Shown one piece after another: positions 41,263 through 55,058 of a stretch of 64,000 nucleotides of DNA. The translations under genes and the position numbers were made by a program. This DNA comes from Octopus vulgaris (Eukaryota). The stretch's first letter is position 1, and every line of letters begins with the position of its first letter. A model generated the notes under the pieces. It ran no database searches. It was not told where the DNA came from and saw nothing but the letters and a program-made list of their open reading frames with translations. Where the stretch lies: positions 138,384,001 to 138,448,000 of the forward strand of contig OX597816.1 in NCBI GenBank assembly GCA_951406725.2, written 5' to 3'.

Positions 41263-41466
41263 ATCTCTTTTACTCTTTTACTCTGTTACTTGTTTCAGTC
41301 ATTTGACTGCGGCCATGCTGGAACACTGCCTTTAATCGAGCAACTCGACCCCGTCACTTATTCTTTTTGTAAGCCCAGTACTTATTCTATCGGTCTCTTT
41401 TGCCGAACCGCTAAGTAACGGGGACATAAACACATCAGCAATGCTAGGGGGACAAACACAGACACA

Positions 41467-41557
<91 letters not shown>

Positions 41558-41720
41558 GACAGGCTTCTTTCAGTTTCCGTCTACCAAATCCACTCACAAG
41601 GCTTTGGTCGGCCTGAGGCTATAGTAGAAAACACTTGCCCAAGGTGCCACGCAGTGGGACTGAACCCGGAACCATGTGGTTGGTAAACAAGCTACTTACC
41701 ACACAGCCACTCCTGCACCT
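41263..41720 (-). mobile_element. SINE family A, full length
   Basis: Reverse complement of the family consensus. Confidence 0.9.
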
Positions 41721-41969
41721 ATGTATACAATTGTGCAGCAAAGATATGTACACTTAAAAGTCAAGTAACACCGTTAGCCAAATACAAACAAAAACATTAC
41801 ATATGTGCATATATATGCATTCATAAACACATTCAGAAAAAGACGCAGCGCATACACACACGCATATACCTACCTACCAGCCTACATACATACATACATA
41901 CATACATACATACATACATACATACATACATACATACATACATTCATACATACATACATTCATACATAC

Positions 41970-42059
<90 letters not shown>

Positions 42060-42148
42060 GGAAAGTTTACGAAAATAAACAAAAGACGAAGACAGGTGGT
42101 GTACAAAACAAACATGTATTAGTATAGCGCTCAGGAATAGAAAAATTA

Positions 42149-42183
42149 TTTTACGTTTCGAGCCTACGCTCTTCTACAGAAAG
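42149..42183 (-). ncRNA. Minimal hammerhead-like motif (A6U variant) in a TA-adjacent repeat
   Basis: CUUU-CUGUAGA-A-GAGC(GUAG)GCUC-GAAA-CG-UA^AAA. Confidence 0.55.
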
Positions 42184-42858
42184 GTACACAGAAAAAAAAA
42201 CAAGGAGAGAAACAATGAGAGAAAAATGTGTGTAGTGGCTAACGATCTATCATGACACACACACATACACACATAAATTACTGAAATAAGTAAAAGAATA
42301 AAAGTATACACACAAACATACATGTGTATGTGTATTCTTCTTCGCCTTCTGATATAATCCAGATCTCGTTAACCGCATTGAATGATAGGGCACACACAGA
42401 ATTGTTTAAAGTAAACAAATCAGCGGTACTATATTCGAGTAGAAGATACTGAGTTAGCTTCACTGGGTGTCTCACAACATTGAGAGTATATAATCAAGAC
42501 AATAGAGAATAATGGAATTATAGATCTGCAAAAAATATTCATTACAACATTATTCCCATTAAATTCTAGTAGGAGACTTATTTCTGTTGGACAAGTGCCC
42601 CAGTGTCCTTTAATGTATGAACTATCTCTTTTATTCTTTTATTTGTTTCAGTCATTTGACTGCGGCCAAGCTGGAGCATCGCCTTTAGCCGAACAAATCG
42701 ACCCCCAAGACATATTTTTGAAGCCTAGTACTTATTTTGTCGGTACCTTTCGCCGAACCGCTTAGTTACGGGCACGCGAACATACCAACAACGGTTGTCA
42801 AGCGATGGTGGGGGGACAAACACAGACACACAAACATACACACACATCAATATACATA

Positions 42859-42927
<69 letters not shown>

Positions 42928-42967
42928 GGTCTGTGGTAAGGCAATTCGTTGCTAAACCCTTTATTGC

Positions 42968-43021
<54 letters not shown>

Positions 43022-43621
43022 TACGTATTTTAAAATAGTGTACATTTAAACACAAAACAAAATTACCCTTTAACAGGTAATTTTTACACTCCCAAATACA
43101 TTCTCACATGGATTTACAAACGATTTGTCTTCCAAACTAGTACGAATATTTAAAACACATATTCACATATTCATGTACACATTTTCATTTTCATCTGTTC
43201 ATATTTTTTTCAATATTTCTATAGGGAGAGGACTGATACGCCCAAGACTCTTTTAATTTTTTCAGGGTCTCTGAGTCGGCTAGGAAGGAGAGATGAAGCT
43301 CACTTGAAACCAGTGAGTGGGAATTCTGTCAAGTGAATTCTATATTACATGAAAAAATGGGAGTTGTTAAACTGGCCGACGGATAATGTCTACTATTTAA
43401 AAAACATGACTCAGGAGAAATACCATAAGGCATCTTGTCTGGTGCTCTAACAATTCTGCTAATCCATTGCTCTACTAATCCTACGATTCTGTTAATCGAT
43501 TATCCTATCGACTTCCGCAAGGTGAAAGGAAAAGTGCTCTGAGGGATTGAACACAATGCACAGTAACCACAGTAAATACTGGAAGGTGTATTGTCTTGCG
43601 CTGTAACTACTCTGTGTGTGT

Positions 43622-43689
<68 letters not shown>

Positions 43690-43786
43690 ATATATATATA
43701 AACAATTGTAGCGTGGAAGGTGTTTGTAAGCCATTTAAGAAACACACAAAAGCCGTTTGATGATTCACATCAATATTTAAGTTTAA

Positions 43787-43838
43787 TTTGTCAAAATATT
43801 TTCGTCGCCCTTAAGACTGCGACCTGTTCACTGACAAA
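43787..43838 (-). ncRNA. Minimal type I hammerhead, G3:C8 swapped core
   Basis: UUUGUCA-GUGAACA-G-GUCGC(AGUCUUAAGG)GCGAC-GAAA-AUAU-UU^UGACAAA; 7-bp stem I and 5-bp stem II are perfect. Confidence 0.72.
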
Positions 43839-43940
43839 AATCCGTGCTGCAGATTTGTAAATACAGAGAAAGCAAAGACAGAATTGTTTTCGTTTCAGCA
43901 CACGATCTCAGATCAAATCACTTGCTATGCAAGTACATCT

Positions 43941-44055
<115 letters not shown>

Positions 44056-44738
44056 GTTAATCCAAACAAGAGACCACAAAAAAACACAACGCGAGGACGT
44101 GGAACAAATATAGTTGGACGCTCAGGAAGGTATGTATGTATGTATGTATGTATGTATGTATGTACGTATGTATGTATGTATTGAGTCAACATGAGATCCA
44201 GATATACTCAATATAGATTTCTTTATTAAACCACGCAGGGTCGAACAGTGAAGGGACAATACAATGTAGAATTTTTTTCTTTTCAAAACCGATCAATAGG
44301 GATCGAAAACGTCATGGGATGTGTACGCAAAGAGATAACAAGGTAACATTTTATCAACTGAAATTCCCAAAAGGCGGAGAAAATATAACACAGACTAGGT
44401 TTATCCGTGGAAAGTAAAACCTACAAAAGACCACGGTAACCTCGGAAAGAAACATGAGAGCAAAGCACCCTTTCTCTTTTTGTTCTATAGGTTCATTCAG
44501 TAGTGCTGAAATGATTTGAACTTACACTCCGAAACTTTTACCGAGAACCAAGTCCACAGGGTAAAGAGTGACTACAAGAGGAATCCAGGTGAGCAGATAT
44601 GGAGACAATGATGCTAATAAACAAATGAAATTCCTTCGGTTCGATATACAAGGTAAGTTTACATGTAAAGACAGAGAAAGCAAAGACAGAACATTTTCAG
44701 ACGATGAATAATTCAAGTATAAATTTATAGATATTTTT

Positions 44739-45324
44739 AATATTCTTTTCTACTCTAGGTACAAGGCCCGAAACTTTTGGGGAGGAGGTCAGTCGATTAG
44801 ATCGACTCCAGTAAGCAACTGGTACTTAATTTACCGATCCAGAATGATGAAACGCAAAGTCGACCTCGGCGAAATTTGAACTCAGAACGTAAAGACAGAC
44901 GAAATACCTAATTCTTTACTACCCACAACGGGCTAAACACAGAGAGGACAAACAAGGACACACAAACGGATTAAGTCGATTATATCGACTCCAGTGCGTA
45001 ACTGGTACTTATTTAATCGACCCCGAAGGGATGAAAGGCAAAGTCGACCTCGGCGGAGTTTGAACTCAGAACGTAGCGGCAGACGAAATACCTGTTTCTT
45101 TACTACCTACAAGGGGCTAAACACAGAGGGGACGAACAAGGACAGACAAACGGATTAAGTCGATTATATTGACCCCAGTGCGTAACTGGTACTTAATTTA
45201 TCGACCCCGAAAGGATGAAAGGCAAAGTCGACCTCGGTGGAATTTGAACTCAGAACGTAACGGCAGACGAAATACGGCTACGCATTTCGCCCGGCGTGCT
45301 AACGTTTCTGCCAGCTCGCCGCCT
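44739..45324 (-). mobile_element. Trimeric SINE family B (184-bp period) with one head and a flanking TSD
   Basis: GACGAAATAC at 44898, 45082 and 45266; TAGATATTTTT at 44728-44738 and 45325-45335. Confidence 0.85.
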
Positions 45325-45736
45325 TAGATATTTTTTTATATTAACAGAACAAACTTACACAGAGTACAGAAGTCGGTGAAGACTAAAGGGGAGATGGCAT
45401 GGTGTTACAGGTCCGGCAGTTGTTTCTTGGGGTGTCGAAGGTCCTCCATAATCTTTGTAGATATAATTCACCAGAATATGTAACACTAGTACTGGAAAGT
45501 ACTAAACATTCGATAAATCCTACCTCCGTCTACAGGGTCGAAAAATATCTGACATTTAAGATTATGATGCAGAGAAGCTTCACGAAGTTTAAATGTATGT
45601 ATGTACATATGAGTTAGTGGACAAATGAAGGAAAGAGGAACTCACACACATTTTGTAGGAGTGCCAAATAATTGAAATAATCTAGTAATAATAATAATAT
45701 TTATAACAATAATAATAATTATAATAATAATAATAA

Positions 45737-46182
45737 TGGGCTACAGCAAATATTCTGCTCAATATCACAGATTTGCTTGTCAGTTGTTTGACCATAACCA
45801 GTTGAGCATGTCCCTTAGTGGCTGACAATATGTGCATCTCGGAAGTAGATGGGGAGCATCATAGTCATGTGTTGAGAGGGATTCTATGGAGTTTGAATAA
45901 TTCACCTCTGGAAACATAGGTGTTTCATTCAACATCCTTAAACAACCCTTATTCAAGGACCTTTTGAGCGGGATGGGTTACTCGACCAGAAGAAAATTCT
46001 AACTGGGCCCCACCTGCAAGGTCATGTGCTGTTTATCTTCATATGAGATCACCATGTCGCGCACATATGGTTGTGATGCATGTGCCTGGTGTACCCTTAT
46101 CAGACGGGTAGTCATGATGGGTATACTGGGCTTCGTATATTTTACCCCAGTGTCACTTTGATGACATACACTGCTCTCTCAC

Positions 46183-46185
<3 letters not shown>
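45737..46185 (+). mobile_element. Non-coding repeat with (TAA)n on both sides (probable RLE-LINE-derived non-autonomous element)
   Basis: Homologous to 23020-23140 (minus); ends ..CTCTCTCACT-(TAA)n. Confidence 0.65.
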
Positions 46186-46272
<87 letters not shown>

Positions 46273-46456
46273 TACTTTTCCAAATCACTCAGGGAGAGTT
46301 ATACAGTAACAGCACGATAAAGTGATGACTTAATGTGGAAGTCTCAGGAAAGGGAAGAATGTTACTGTTATTTAATCCAAAGAAACACCGTTTCTAGTTG
46401 GCTACACGACACAAGCGTTCTGCGTCCTTATAGATATATATATACATATATGTATG

Positions 46457-46578
<122 letters not shown>

Positions 46579-46894
46579 AGAGAGAGAGATTGGTATATAG
46601 ATAGATAGATAGTAACATAGATACATAGATAGGTATGTATGTAGGTAGATAGGTAGGGAGATGTATGTATGTAGATAGAAAGATAGATTGATAGAGAGAG
46701 TGAGTGAGAGGGAGAGACATATCTCTGTGCGTGTGTGAATGCATGTATGAGCATATTTAAGTCTGTATGGTATGTTTCTATATATGTACTTGTCGGTGCA
46801 TATGATTTTCCTTAAAAATTTACTTTCTATTAAAAGGTAGCGAGCGAGAAAAAGCATGAGATAGATAGCCAGGACATAGAGAGAAAGACCTATC

Positions 46895-46976
<82 letters not shown>

Positions 46977-46995
46977 TTACATACCACTCTATCTG

Positions 46996-47056
<61 letters not shown>

Positions 47057-47384
47057 TTTTCAGTCTGTCATGTATGTATGTATGTATGTATGTATGTATG
47101 TATGTATGTATGTATGTATATATCTATGTATGTATGTATGTGTATAGCGATGCGTATGAATTGTGTGTATATGCACATGTGTATTTCAGAGTCTGCAACT
47201 GTATTTTCTAGCTTTCGCATGTGTCCCTCTGTGCAATATATATATTTTCTATATGTGCGTGTGTTTGTGTGTAGGTGTGTGTGTGTATACAGGTAGACAG
47301 GAGCCTATTAACAAGCAATATCAGAACTCCGCCTGGAATAGAAAGCAAAACAATGTCTGTAAACTGTCGGGAAATGACAACTGG

Positions 47385-48260
47385 TTGATGGCGTCGGTGG
47401 TGGTGGTGGTGGTGGTGGCGGCGGCCATGGTGGGGGGAAGGCGACGGTGGTTGGGATTGTGGTGGTGGTGGTGGTGGTAATGGCATCGCTGGTGGCGCCT
47501 ATAATGGCGATGGTGTGGTTGGGTTGGTGGTGATGTAACGGTGGATGGTTGCGTTGAGGTTGGTGATAGTTTTGGTTGTTGTGGCGGTGAGGTAGTGAGG
47601 TTTTGGGATGTGGTAGTGGTGGCGGCGGTAGTGATGTATGGTCGTGTGGTTGTGACAATGGTGGTGCAGGTGGTGGTGCAGGTGGTGGTGGTGGTGGTGG
47701 TGGTGGTGGTGGTGGTGGTGGTGGTGGTGTTGATGGCTTTGGAAGTTACAGTGTGGAGGTTACGGGTAAGCGCATTCAAATGCTATGTGTTGTGTACTGA
47801 GATAGGTGGAAGCGGGGAATCCGTGGTTTGACTGGCGCTTCTGGTGATGGTGGCGGTGGCAGCGGCTGCGATGGTATGGTGATGGTAGTGGATATGTTGG
47901 TGGTAGCAGTAGTAGTGATGTATGTTCTTGTGGTTGTGATAATGGTAGTGAAGGTGGTGGTGGTGGTGGTGGTAGTGAGGGTTATGCTGATGTTGTTGTT
48001 GGTGGTGGTGGTTGTGGTATTGGTGATGGTAGAAGTGATAGCGGTGGTAGCGTTGGTGGCTGTAAGTGTTGATGTAGGTGGCGTCGGTTGTGGAATTGGT
48101 GGTGGCAGTGTTGATGGTGATGGTGGTGGTGATAGTGGTGGTGGTGGTGATGGCGGCGGTAGTGGTGGTGGTGGTGCTGCTGCTGCTGCTACTGGTGGGG
48201 GGGGGAGGAATGGCGGTAGAGGCGGGTTGATGTCGGTACAAGGTAGCAATGGCGGCGGCA
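47385..48260. repeat. Degenerate (GGT)n low-complexity region with internal duplication
   Basis: GTAGTGATGTATG.TC.TGTGGTTGTGA.AATGGT occurs at about 47629 and 47912. Confidence 0.9.
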
Positions 48261-48663
48261 ACGAATGCCAAATCAAGATGAGAAAAGTCTGTGTTGTGTG
48301 CGCTGTGCTGTGCTGTGCAGTACTTATGAAAAACAAAAACAGCAACAAAAAAAAAAATAATAAAAGAACAACAACAAAAAAAAAGAAAAAAGAAAGAAAG
48401 AAAAACCTGGGAGCCATCTATAGAAAGCAGGGTTCAGAGTACGTGGCAACAAGTCGCGGCGTCACGTTATCACACTTGAATACAAATAAGACCTGACTCA
48501 TTTCTAAGTTCAAATTGAGCAATTGTGGTGTAGAGACCTGTTCATGAATATCAACAAATAAATGACAGCTAGACAAACAAATGATTACCGTATGCCAATG
48601 TTCGCTGCCTCTTGGAATCTTCTATCAAAATACTTCTCTACTCCACCCCAACTCTCAACTCCA

Positions 48664-48697
<34 letters not shown>

Positions 48698-48699
48698 CG

Positions 48700-48743
<44 letters not shown>

Positions 48744-49446
48744 ATTTACACTGCTTACTCTATTTCTCTTCCTCTTTTACTCTATTTCTATTGTATCTCA
48801 TTCATTGATAATCGCTTTCTCTTTCTCCTACATTAATCCATTTTTCTCGTTTTTGTGTAATCTTATTTTCTCTTTCATTCTATCTCTCTCTCTCTCTCTT
48901 CTTCATTTTATCTTTCTTGCCATTCTCATTCTATTCCTTTCCTTCTTCGTTTTTCTTTCTTTCATTGAATACTTCATTCTACGCTCTTCGCTCTTTCGCC
49001 TTCCCTATCATCAATTCTTTTCTTTTACTTTTCATTCATTCTTTCTTTCTTTCTTTTTTTTTTTTTTGATATCCGAACATCCTTCTCGTCCTGTTTCTCG
49101 TTCTTCCTCGTTATTTTTCTCCTTTCATTTCTACCTCCCACTCTCACCCTCTTTGTTAGTATAATCTTTCTATGTATTTATCCATGTAAAAACATACATG
49201 TTATCTGAATATATAAGAATGTATGTATGCATCTCTCTTCCCCACTCCCCTTCTCCCTATCTATCTCTCCCTCACTCCCCTTCTCCCTTTGTCTCTCTCC
49301 CTTCCCTGTCTCTCTCTATATATTTTACGTATACATATGTATTTCTGCATAATGCGTTTGTACCTATATCTGTTATATGTACATATACAGGTGTGTGTGT
49401 GTATGATGTTTTTATGCATACATATATGCGTGGGTGTATGCATGCA

Positions 49447-49488
<42 letters not shown>

Positions 49489-52400
49489 CTCTGTGGTGTC
49501 TAACATTCATTTATCCACATTTCTCTACGCCCTAATTTCACTTCCTCGCTCTCTATCAGTCTCCATACTTATTATCTCCCTTTGTTGTTGAACTTTTTAC
49601 TATTGACATTTCCATTCCTATGCACCAGACCCATACCCCCATTCTCTCTCTATGTGTCTGTCTCTGTGTGTGTCTCTCTCTCCCTCTTTCTCTCTCTTCG
49701 TTTCCTTCTTCACCTTTCACTTTTCTTTCTTTTTATATTTCTCCACCTTATTCTCTCATCTCCCCCACCATGCACCAAATACCCCCACATACACATAGCC
49801 GTTATCGTCTGGTGTTGTCATCTTTATTGTTGCTGTAGATAGCTGTGCTTGAGTGTTGGCTTGCCGTCCAACGTTGTATGTTGGTGGGGGGTCTTTCTAC
49901 CCAACCTCGCCCTTTCTACACGCTCAAACAATCGTACACAATCATATGTACATTAACACACGCACGTGCATACGCACACATACACGCATATATTGCACAC
50001 ATATGCACACATATGTAAACAGAACCATCTTTCTATACACACATATATACATACATAAATTTGCACGTATGCACATAAATACGTATATATATCCATGCAT
50101 AAATACATATATACATATAAACATACATACATACATACATACATACATACATACATACATACATACATACATACATACATACATACATACATACATACAT
50201 ACATACATACATACATACATACATACATACATACATACATACATACATACTTAGATACATAAATGAGCGCTCAAACATACGATCAGTAAGATAACTACAC
50301 AATCATAACACAAGTACGTGCTGCCTTTTTAAATAGACAGCAGAAATTAAAGCGAAATGTCAAATGACTTCGGAGATATTATTCAGAGAAAATGACGTTT
50401 TCTAATTAACCATTCGTCGATGTTTATTTTTTTGTAATCTCTCATGCTTTTGTTTAGCGCAGCTTCAGCAAAGCTCGGCGCGAAACAAGAAATAAAGAAG
50501 TGGCGATAAGTACAATGAAGAACAACAGCTGGAATAAGAATGCTATGAAATGAGTGTGGGGAACGAAGGGAATGAATGTGGAAAGGATTGATCTCCAGTC
50601 GACAGTATTAGAGAATAACGTCGTTTTGGAGATAATGGCGTTGTGTGGGGCCGAACTAAACGTTGTGTTGTTTTCATAATGTTTTATTTTGCTAACTTGT
50701 AATCCACGCGCTGTTCTAATATATACAAAATATAAGGTCGTGTGGTGTATTTCAATATGGCAATCATGTAGTGTGTTAAGATGGGATTGTCATATCATTT
50801 GTTTACTGTGACGACATGAAATATTCTCTTTATGACGTTCGGTCTTGTATGACAGAAGAGAATCTTACTCGTTAAAACACACTCCGAAGTGTTTTAGCAG
50901 AAATAATACATTGCTCCATTAAAAGAGAACTGCGAATAATCGAATCGTTAGAATAGCTGAGGATCAAAAGAAGGGTGAGGTTAGTGGGTTCGTGTCCTGT
51001 TTACCATTTCCGAAATATGTCCCTAGTAAAGTTACATGAATCTCCAGTCCGTTCGACACAACTAGATAATACACTGTAAAAGGGAATGGGCCAACGGTTA
51101 CGCAAGAAACAAAAGTGAATGTTTAGTTATGTTACAGTGATGTATCGACCCTCCTGTAGAAATAAGTATTAGTTAACACACTAATAACGTATTCTTGCAC
51201 TCTATTCCAAAAACAGAATCTTTGAAAATTTTGAAAGAGCCATCCTTTAAAACTTGCTTGATTTGGAATCTATTAAAATAATTGGCAGTGTTTCTCTACT
51301 TTTCTCCGTTTGTCAGTCCCTCAAAGCGAAATAAATCTGATCTTACTACTCTATATTTACTTGAGGTTGAATGGCAAGAAATGTTGGTAGCATACTTTTC
51401 CCTCTTTTAATTTTAATTTTAATAAATATTTTTACTTTAAACATTAGTATTCATTTCTTTATTTTGTATAAGCGCCATGAAATTTTTCTAACAAAGGAAA
51501 ATAACTATTGTAATTTTTTAATAATACCTACTTTTAATCAGAATGATAAAGTGTACTACCAATATTACCCATAACATGACAGTTGAAAAACTCCAGTATC
51601 TAATATAATCCTTTCTTATTGTGGCACACAGCCAGCAATTTTGCAAGGTGCCGAAGTCGGTTACACCAACCCTAGTGCTGGGCTGGTACTTATTTTACTG
51701 ATACCGAAAAGATGAAAGGTGAAGTGAACCTCGGCGGAATTTAAACTCATTACATAAAAATGGACGAAATACTCTTTGGCCGGTGTGCTAATGAGTCTAC
51801 CAGCTGCTGCCTTGAGTGTCATAAATAATAAGAATCCAGTTTCACTGATACCAACTAACTACAGTTTTGTCAACCTTTACTCTAACGATGAATGTGTGTA
51901 GGCTTTCCCTGCCAAGTGAGTTTAATACAGTTCAAAGATTATTAAAGATCGATGCTCATATCGAACTTTTGTAGGTAGATTGATATCTGTTAGAAAAAGC
52001 GTGGTCAGATGAAGTGCTCACTTGGCCACATTCTCATTTTTTTTCCTCTGTCCTTCCTACCCCACACTGCGGGATAGGAAGCGCCGCGCAAAATAAAATT
52101 ACTACTATTTTACAGAGAGATGGTAGTAATAAAGAGAAGAACTGTAATAAAGAGAAGATCTTGGAACTGGTTTCGGTAGGCTGCATGTAATTAACTAATT
52201 CAGAGAAGCAGAAGCAGTTCCAATATGGGTCGAAGTGGTAGACAGATGAAACAGGACATCCGTTGGCAATTTCAGAAGCTCACAAACAGATCGGCAAATT
52301 TGTTATTATTATAGTAATAACGCTATGCAAAATATGTAAATCTCGACGAGATTAATGTCATAACAATATTGTATGGTGATGTACAGTGCCTCAGTAATAC

Positions 52401-53109
52401 TATGGTGTAGAAAGTCTTAACGTCAATGTCTTGTAAAGACGCAAGGCTTAGTGGTTGTGGGAGCAAGTCACTTTATTTTCCGGTGCTCCAACCGACTCAG
52501 CTGGCAAAAATGAGTAGTATTTGTATTTCAAAGGGCCAGCTTTCTCACACTGAAACTCTCTGGAAACCACAATAAGGGTACGCCTGTCTGTGGAATGCTC
52601 AGCCACTTATAACGAATTTCACGAGCAGGCTGTTACGTTGATCGGATCATTTGGAACGTTTACCGTCGTAACCGGAGTGCCAGTTTCATGTCAATGTGGC
52701 TGATAAGATTATAATTCCTATTATTTTCATATCTTGATGCAGGACCATAAAATTTAGGAGTAGGGGTAGTCGATTTTAGGTGTAAAAGCAAAGCTGACCT
52801 CGGCGAGATTTAGGCAAGGAACGGAAAGAGTTGTAAGAAATTCCGCTAAGCATTCTGTACAACGCACTACCTATCCTTCCTGCTCGCCGCTTTTGTAACA
52901 ACAACATAATCAACAGTAATAGTAATAGTAACAATAATTTGTTTCAAATTGTTTCAAATTCTGGCGCAAGGCCAGTAATTTCGAGGGTGGCTGTAAGTCG
53001 ATTACATTGACCCCAGTGCTCAACTGGTACATATTTGATTGAAAGGATGAAAGGCAAAATCGACCTCGGCGGAATTTGAACTGAGAACATAAAGACGAAC
53101 GAAATGCTA

Positions 53110-53175
<66 letters not shown>

Positions 53176-53189
53176 TATAATAATAATAT

Positions 53190-53498
53190 ATGTCGATGGG
53201 TAATGTCATTGTAATAGTATTTCAATGTTCTTGATTAACCAATGGTACTGAATGTGGATGAAAAAAACGTAATAGTGGAATGATATAATGTAATAAAATG
53301 TCAATGTGATTGAAATAATAATGATAATATATGTTGATGTACAGTGTTACATTCACAGTATAATGAATTTGATGTAGTAATTATAAAGTATGTTTATGTG
53401 AAGAGTTACATGAGCATTAAGTCTTAGCATTTGTTAATGTTAATGTGATTAACGAAATGTATTATTCATAACGTTTTTGTGCAGTGTCGTATTAACAG

Positions 53499-53548
<50 letters not shown>

Positions 53549-54315
53549 CCTAGTAGCAAAGCCCGATTTTACCCGGTCGGTTTGGATGATGTGGCCGTAA
53601 AACATGCTCTGTGTAAGCATTCGACTTGTTTGGGCACGCTTACGTTAAAAAACAATCTTAGAATTACTTCTTTCTGTCAAAACACTAAAAATAACAGACA
53701 AACATAAAAAACAACCAAGATTCAACCAAATCAAAAAATAAACCCTAATACTAAGCGAACAAAGATGAACTATCCCACTTCCATTGCACGCGCACACGCA
53801 CGCACACAAACACACACACAAACACACACACAAGCACACACACACTCACATACACACTCATTTACGTGCCCCCGTTTACAAAACACACACATATATTCAC
53901 AGAGGTGAAACGCTGTTTAATTTATTTTTTCAGCGTACAATTTTCATCATCCCACTACCAAGTAAGACATCAGCCCTTCCTTCCTTATTCATCTATCACC
54001 CCCTTCCTTTCTCATCCATAAAAACTAGAGTATTATAAAAGTAGATTATCTCGGTAACCATGGGAGTAAAAAAAAAATATGACATCACCCCTTCCTTCCG
54101 TATTCATCTATCACCCCTTCCTTTCTCATTCATAAACACAAGAGTATTATTATTGTTGATTATCTCGGTAATCATAGGAACTATCAAAAAAATACAAAGC
54201 CCAGCATCACCACCGGATCATTCTACAAATCTGTGTAATTATTCACGCAATTCCACCTAGCCGTTTGACCGTAAATCCCAAGACAAGAAAAAATCGCCCG
54301 TGCCAAATTTATATG

Positions 54316-54346
<31 letters not shown>

Positions 54347-54760
54347 TGTATACAGTATGCTAATGTCAAATGTAATTAACGTAAAGCGACAATATATGTA
54401 CTGTATATACTGTATATTGATATAAAGCGTTACGTTCATGGTATGATATAGTATTTATTAATGTCAATGAGACTAATGAAATGTAATAGTACTATATTAT
54501 GTTGATTGATGTATAGTGCCATAGTAAATGTATGATAAGCAATGCGTTAATGTCAAAGTAATAATGATAATGTTTGTTTATGTAAAGAGTTACATTATCT
54601 ATATGATATAGTGTTTGTTAATGTCAGTATGACTGATCTATCATAATAATGATAATGTATGTTGATTGATGTACGTTGCCAGACTAATAGTATGATATAC
54701 ATTGCATTAATGTCGAAGTAATAATGATAATCTGTTTAGGTAAAGAGTGACGCTATATAT
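53190..54760. repeat. Degenerate AT-rich ~160-bp tandem repeat interrupted by a Helitron
   Basis: ATGATATAGT at 54443 and 54603; AAGAGTTACA and TTAATGTC motifs recur on both sides of 53550-54345. Confidence 0.65.
53550..54345 (-). mobile_element. Non-autonomous Helitron with internal ~115-bp tandem duplication
   Basis: CTAG at 53550-53553 next to a CCGA..TCGG hairpin (3' end on minus); TA-rich 5' end; CATCA.CCCTTCCTTCC.TATTCATCTATCACCCC occurs twice. Confidence 0.7.
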
Positions 54761-55058
54761 GTAATCCTTGTATCAACCAGATTATCGAATTTCGTTATAC
54801 ACCACTAGCCACAATGCACTTACTCGCATTGTTGTAACTTCCGAATGATTCAACCACGCTGATTAAGTGGGTAAGCCAACATTTCTCCTTGAACGGAACG
54901 CCGAGAAAAATACTTCATAAGTCTTCTGTTGACACACCAGGCTAACATTAGTGATGAACTTCCGGTAGTCTTGTGGTAGGTTACGGTTCCTTACAATTCT
55001 ATATTGTAAATCCGTAGATGGGCATCAGACAAACTGGTTTTTACACAGAGTGATATAT

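Noticed and set aside
44491-44651. Exon-like segment with a strong acceptor (44490) and donors (44589, 44652)
   Set aside because: Stops occur in all three frames. It could be a non-coding exon, but there is no independent support.
44739-45324. Regularly spaced repeats superficially like a CRISPR array
   Set aside because: Whole 184-bp units repeat with no unique spacers, the sequence is a eukaryotic SINE, and there are no cas genes.
47588-47610. let-7-like TGAGGTAGTGAGGTT
   Set aside because: A chance match inside GGT low-complexity sequence, with no complementary precursor arm.
47308-48496. Pro/Thr/Gly/Val-rich ORFs up to 222 aa (mucin-like appearance)
   Set aside because: They arise from degenerate (GGT)n, are open in several frames on both strands, and have no domain signature.
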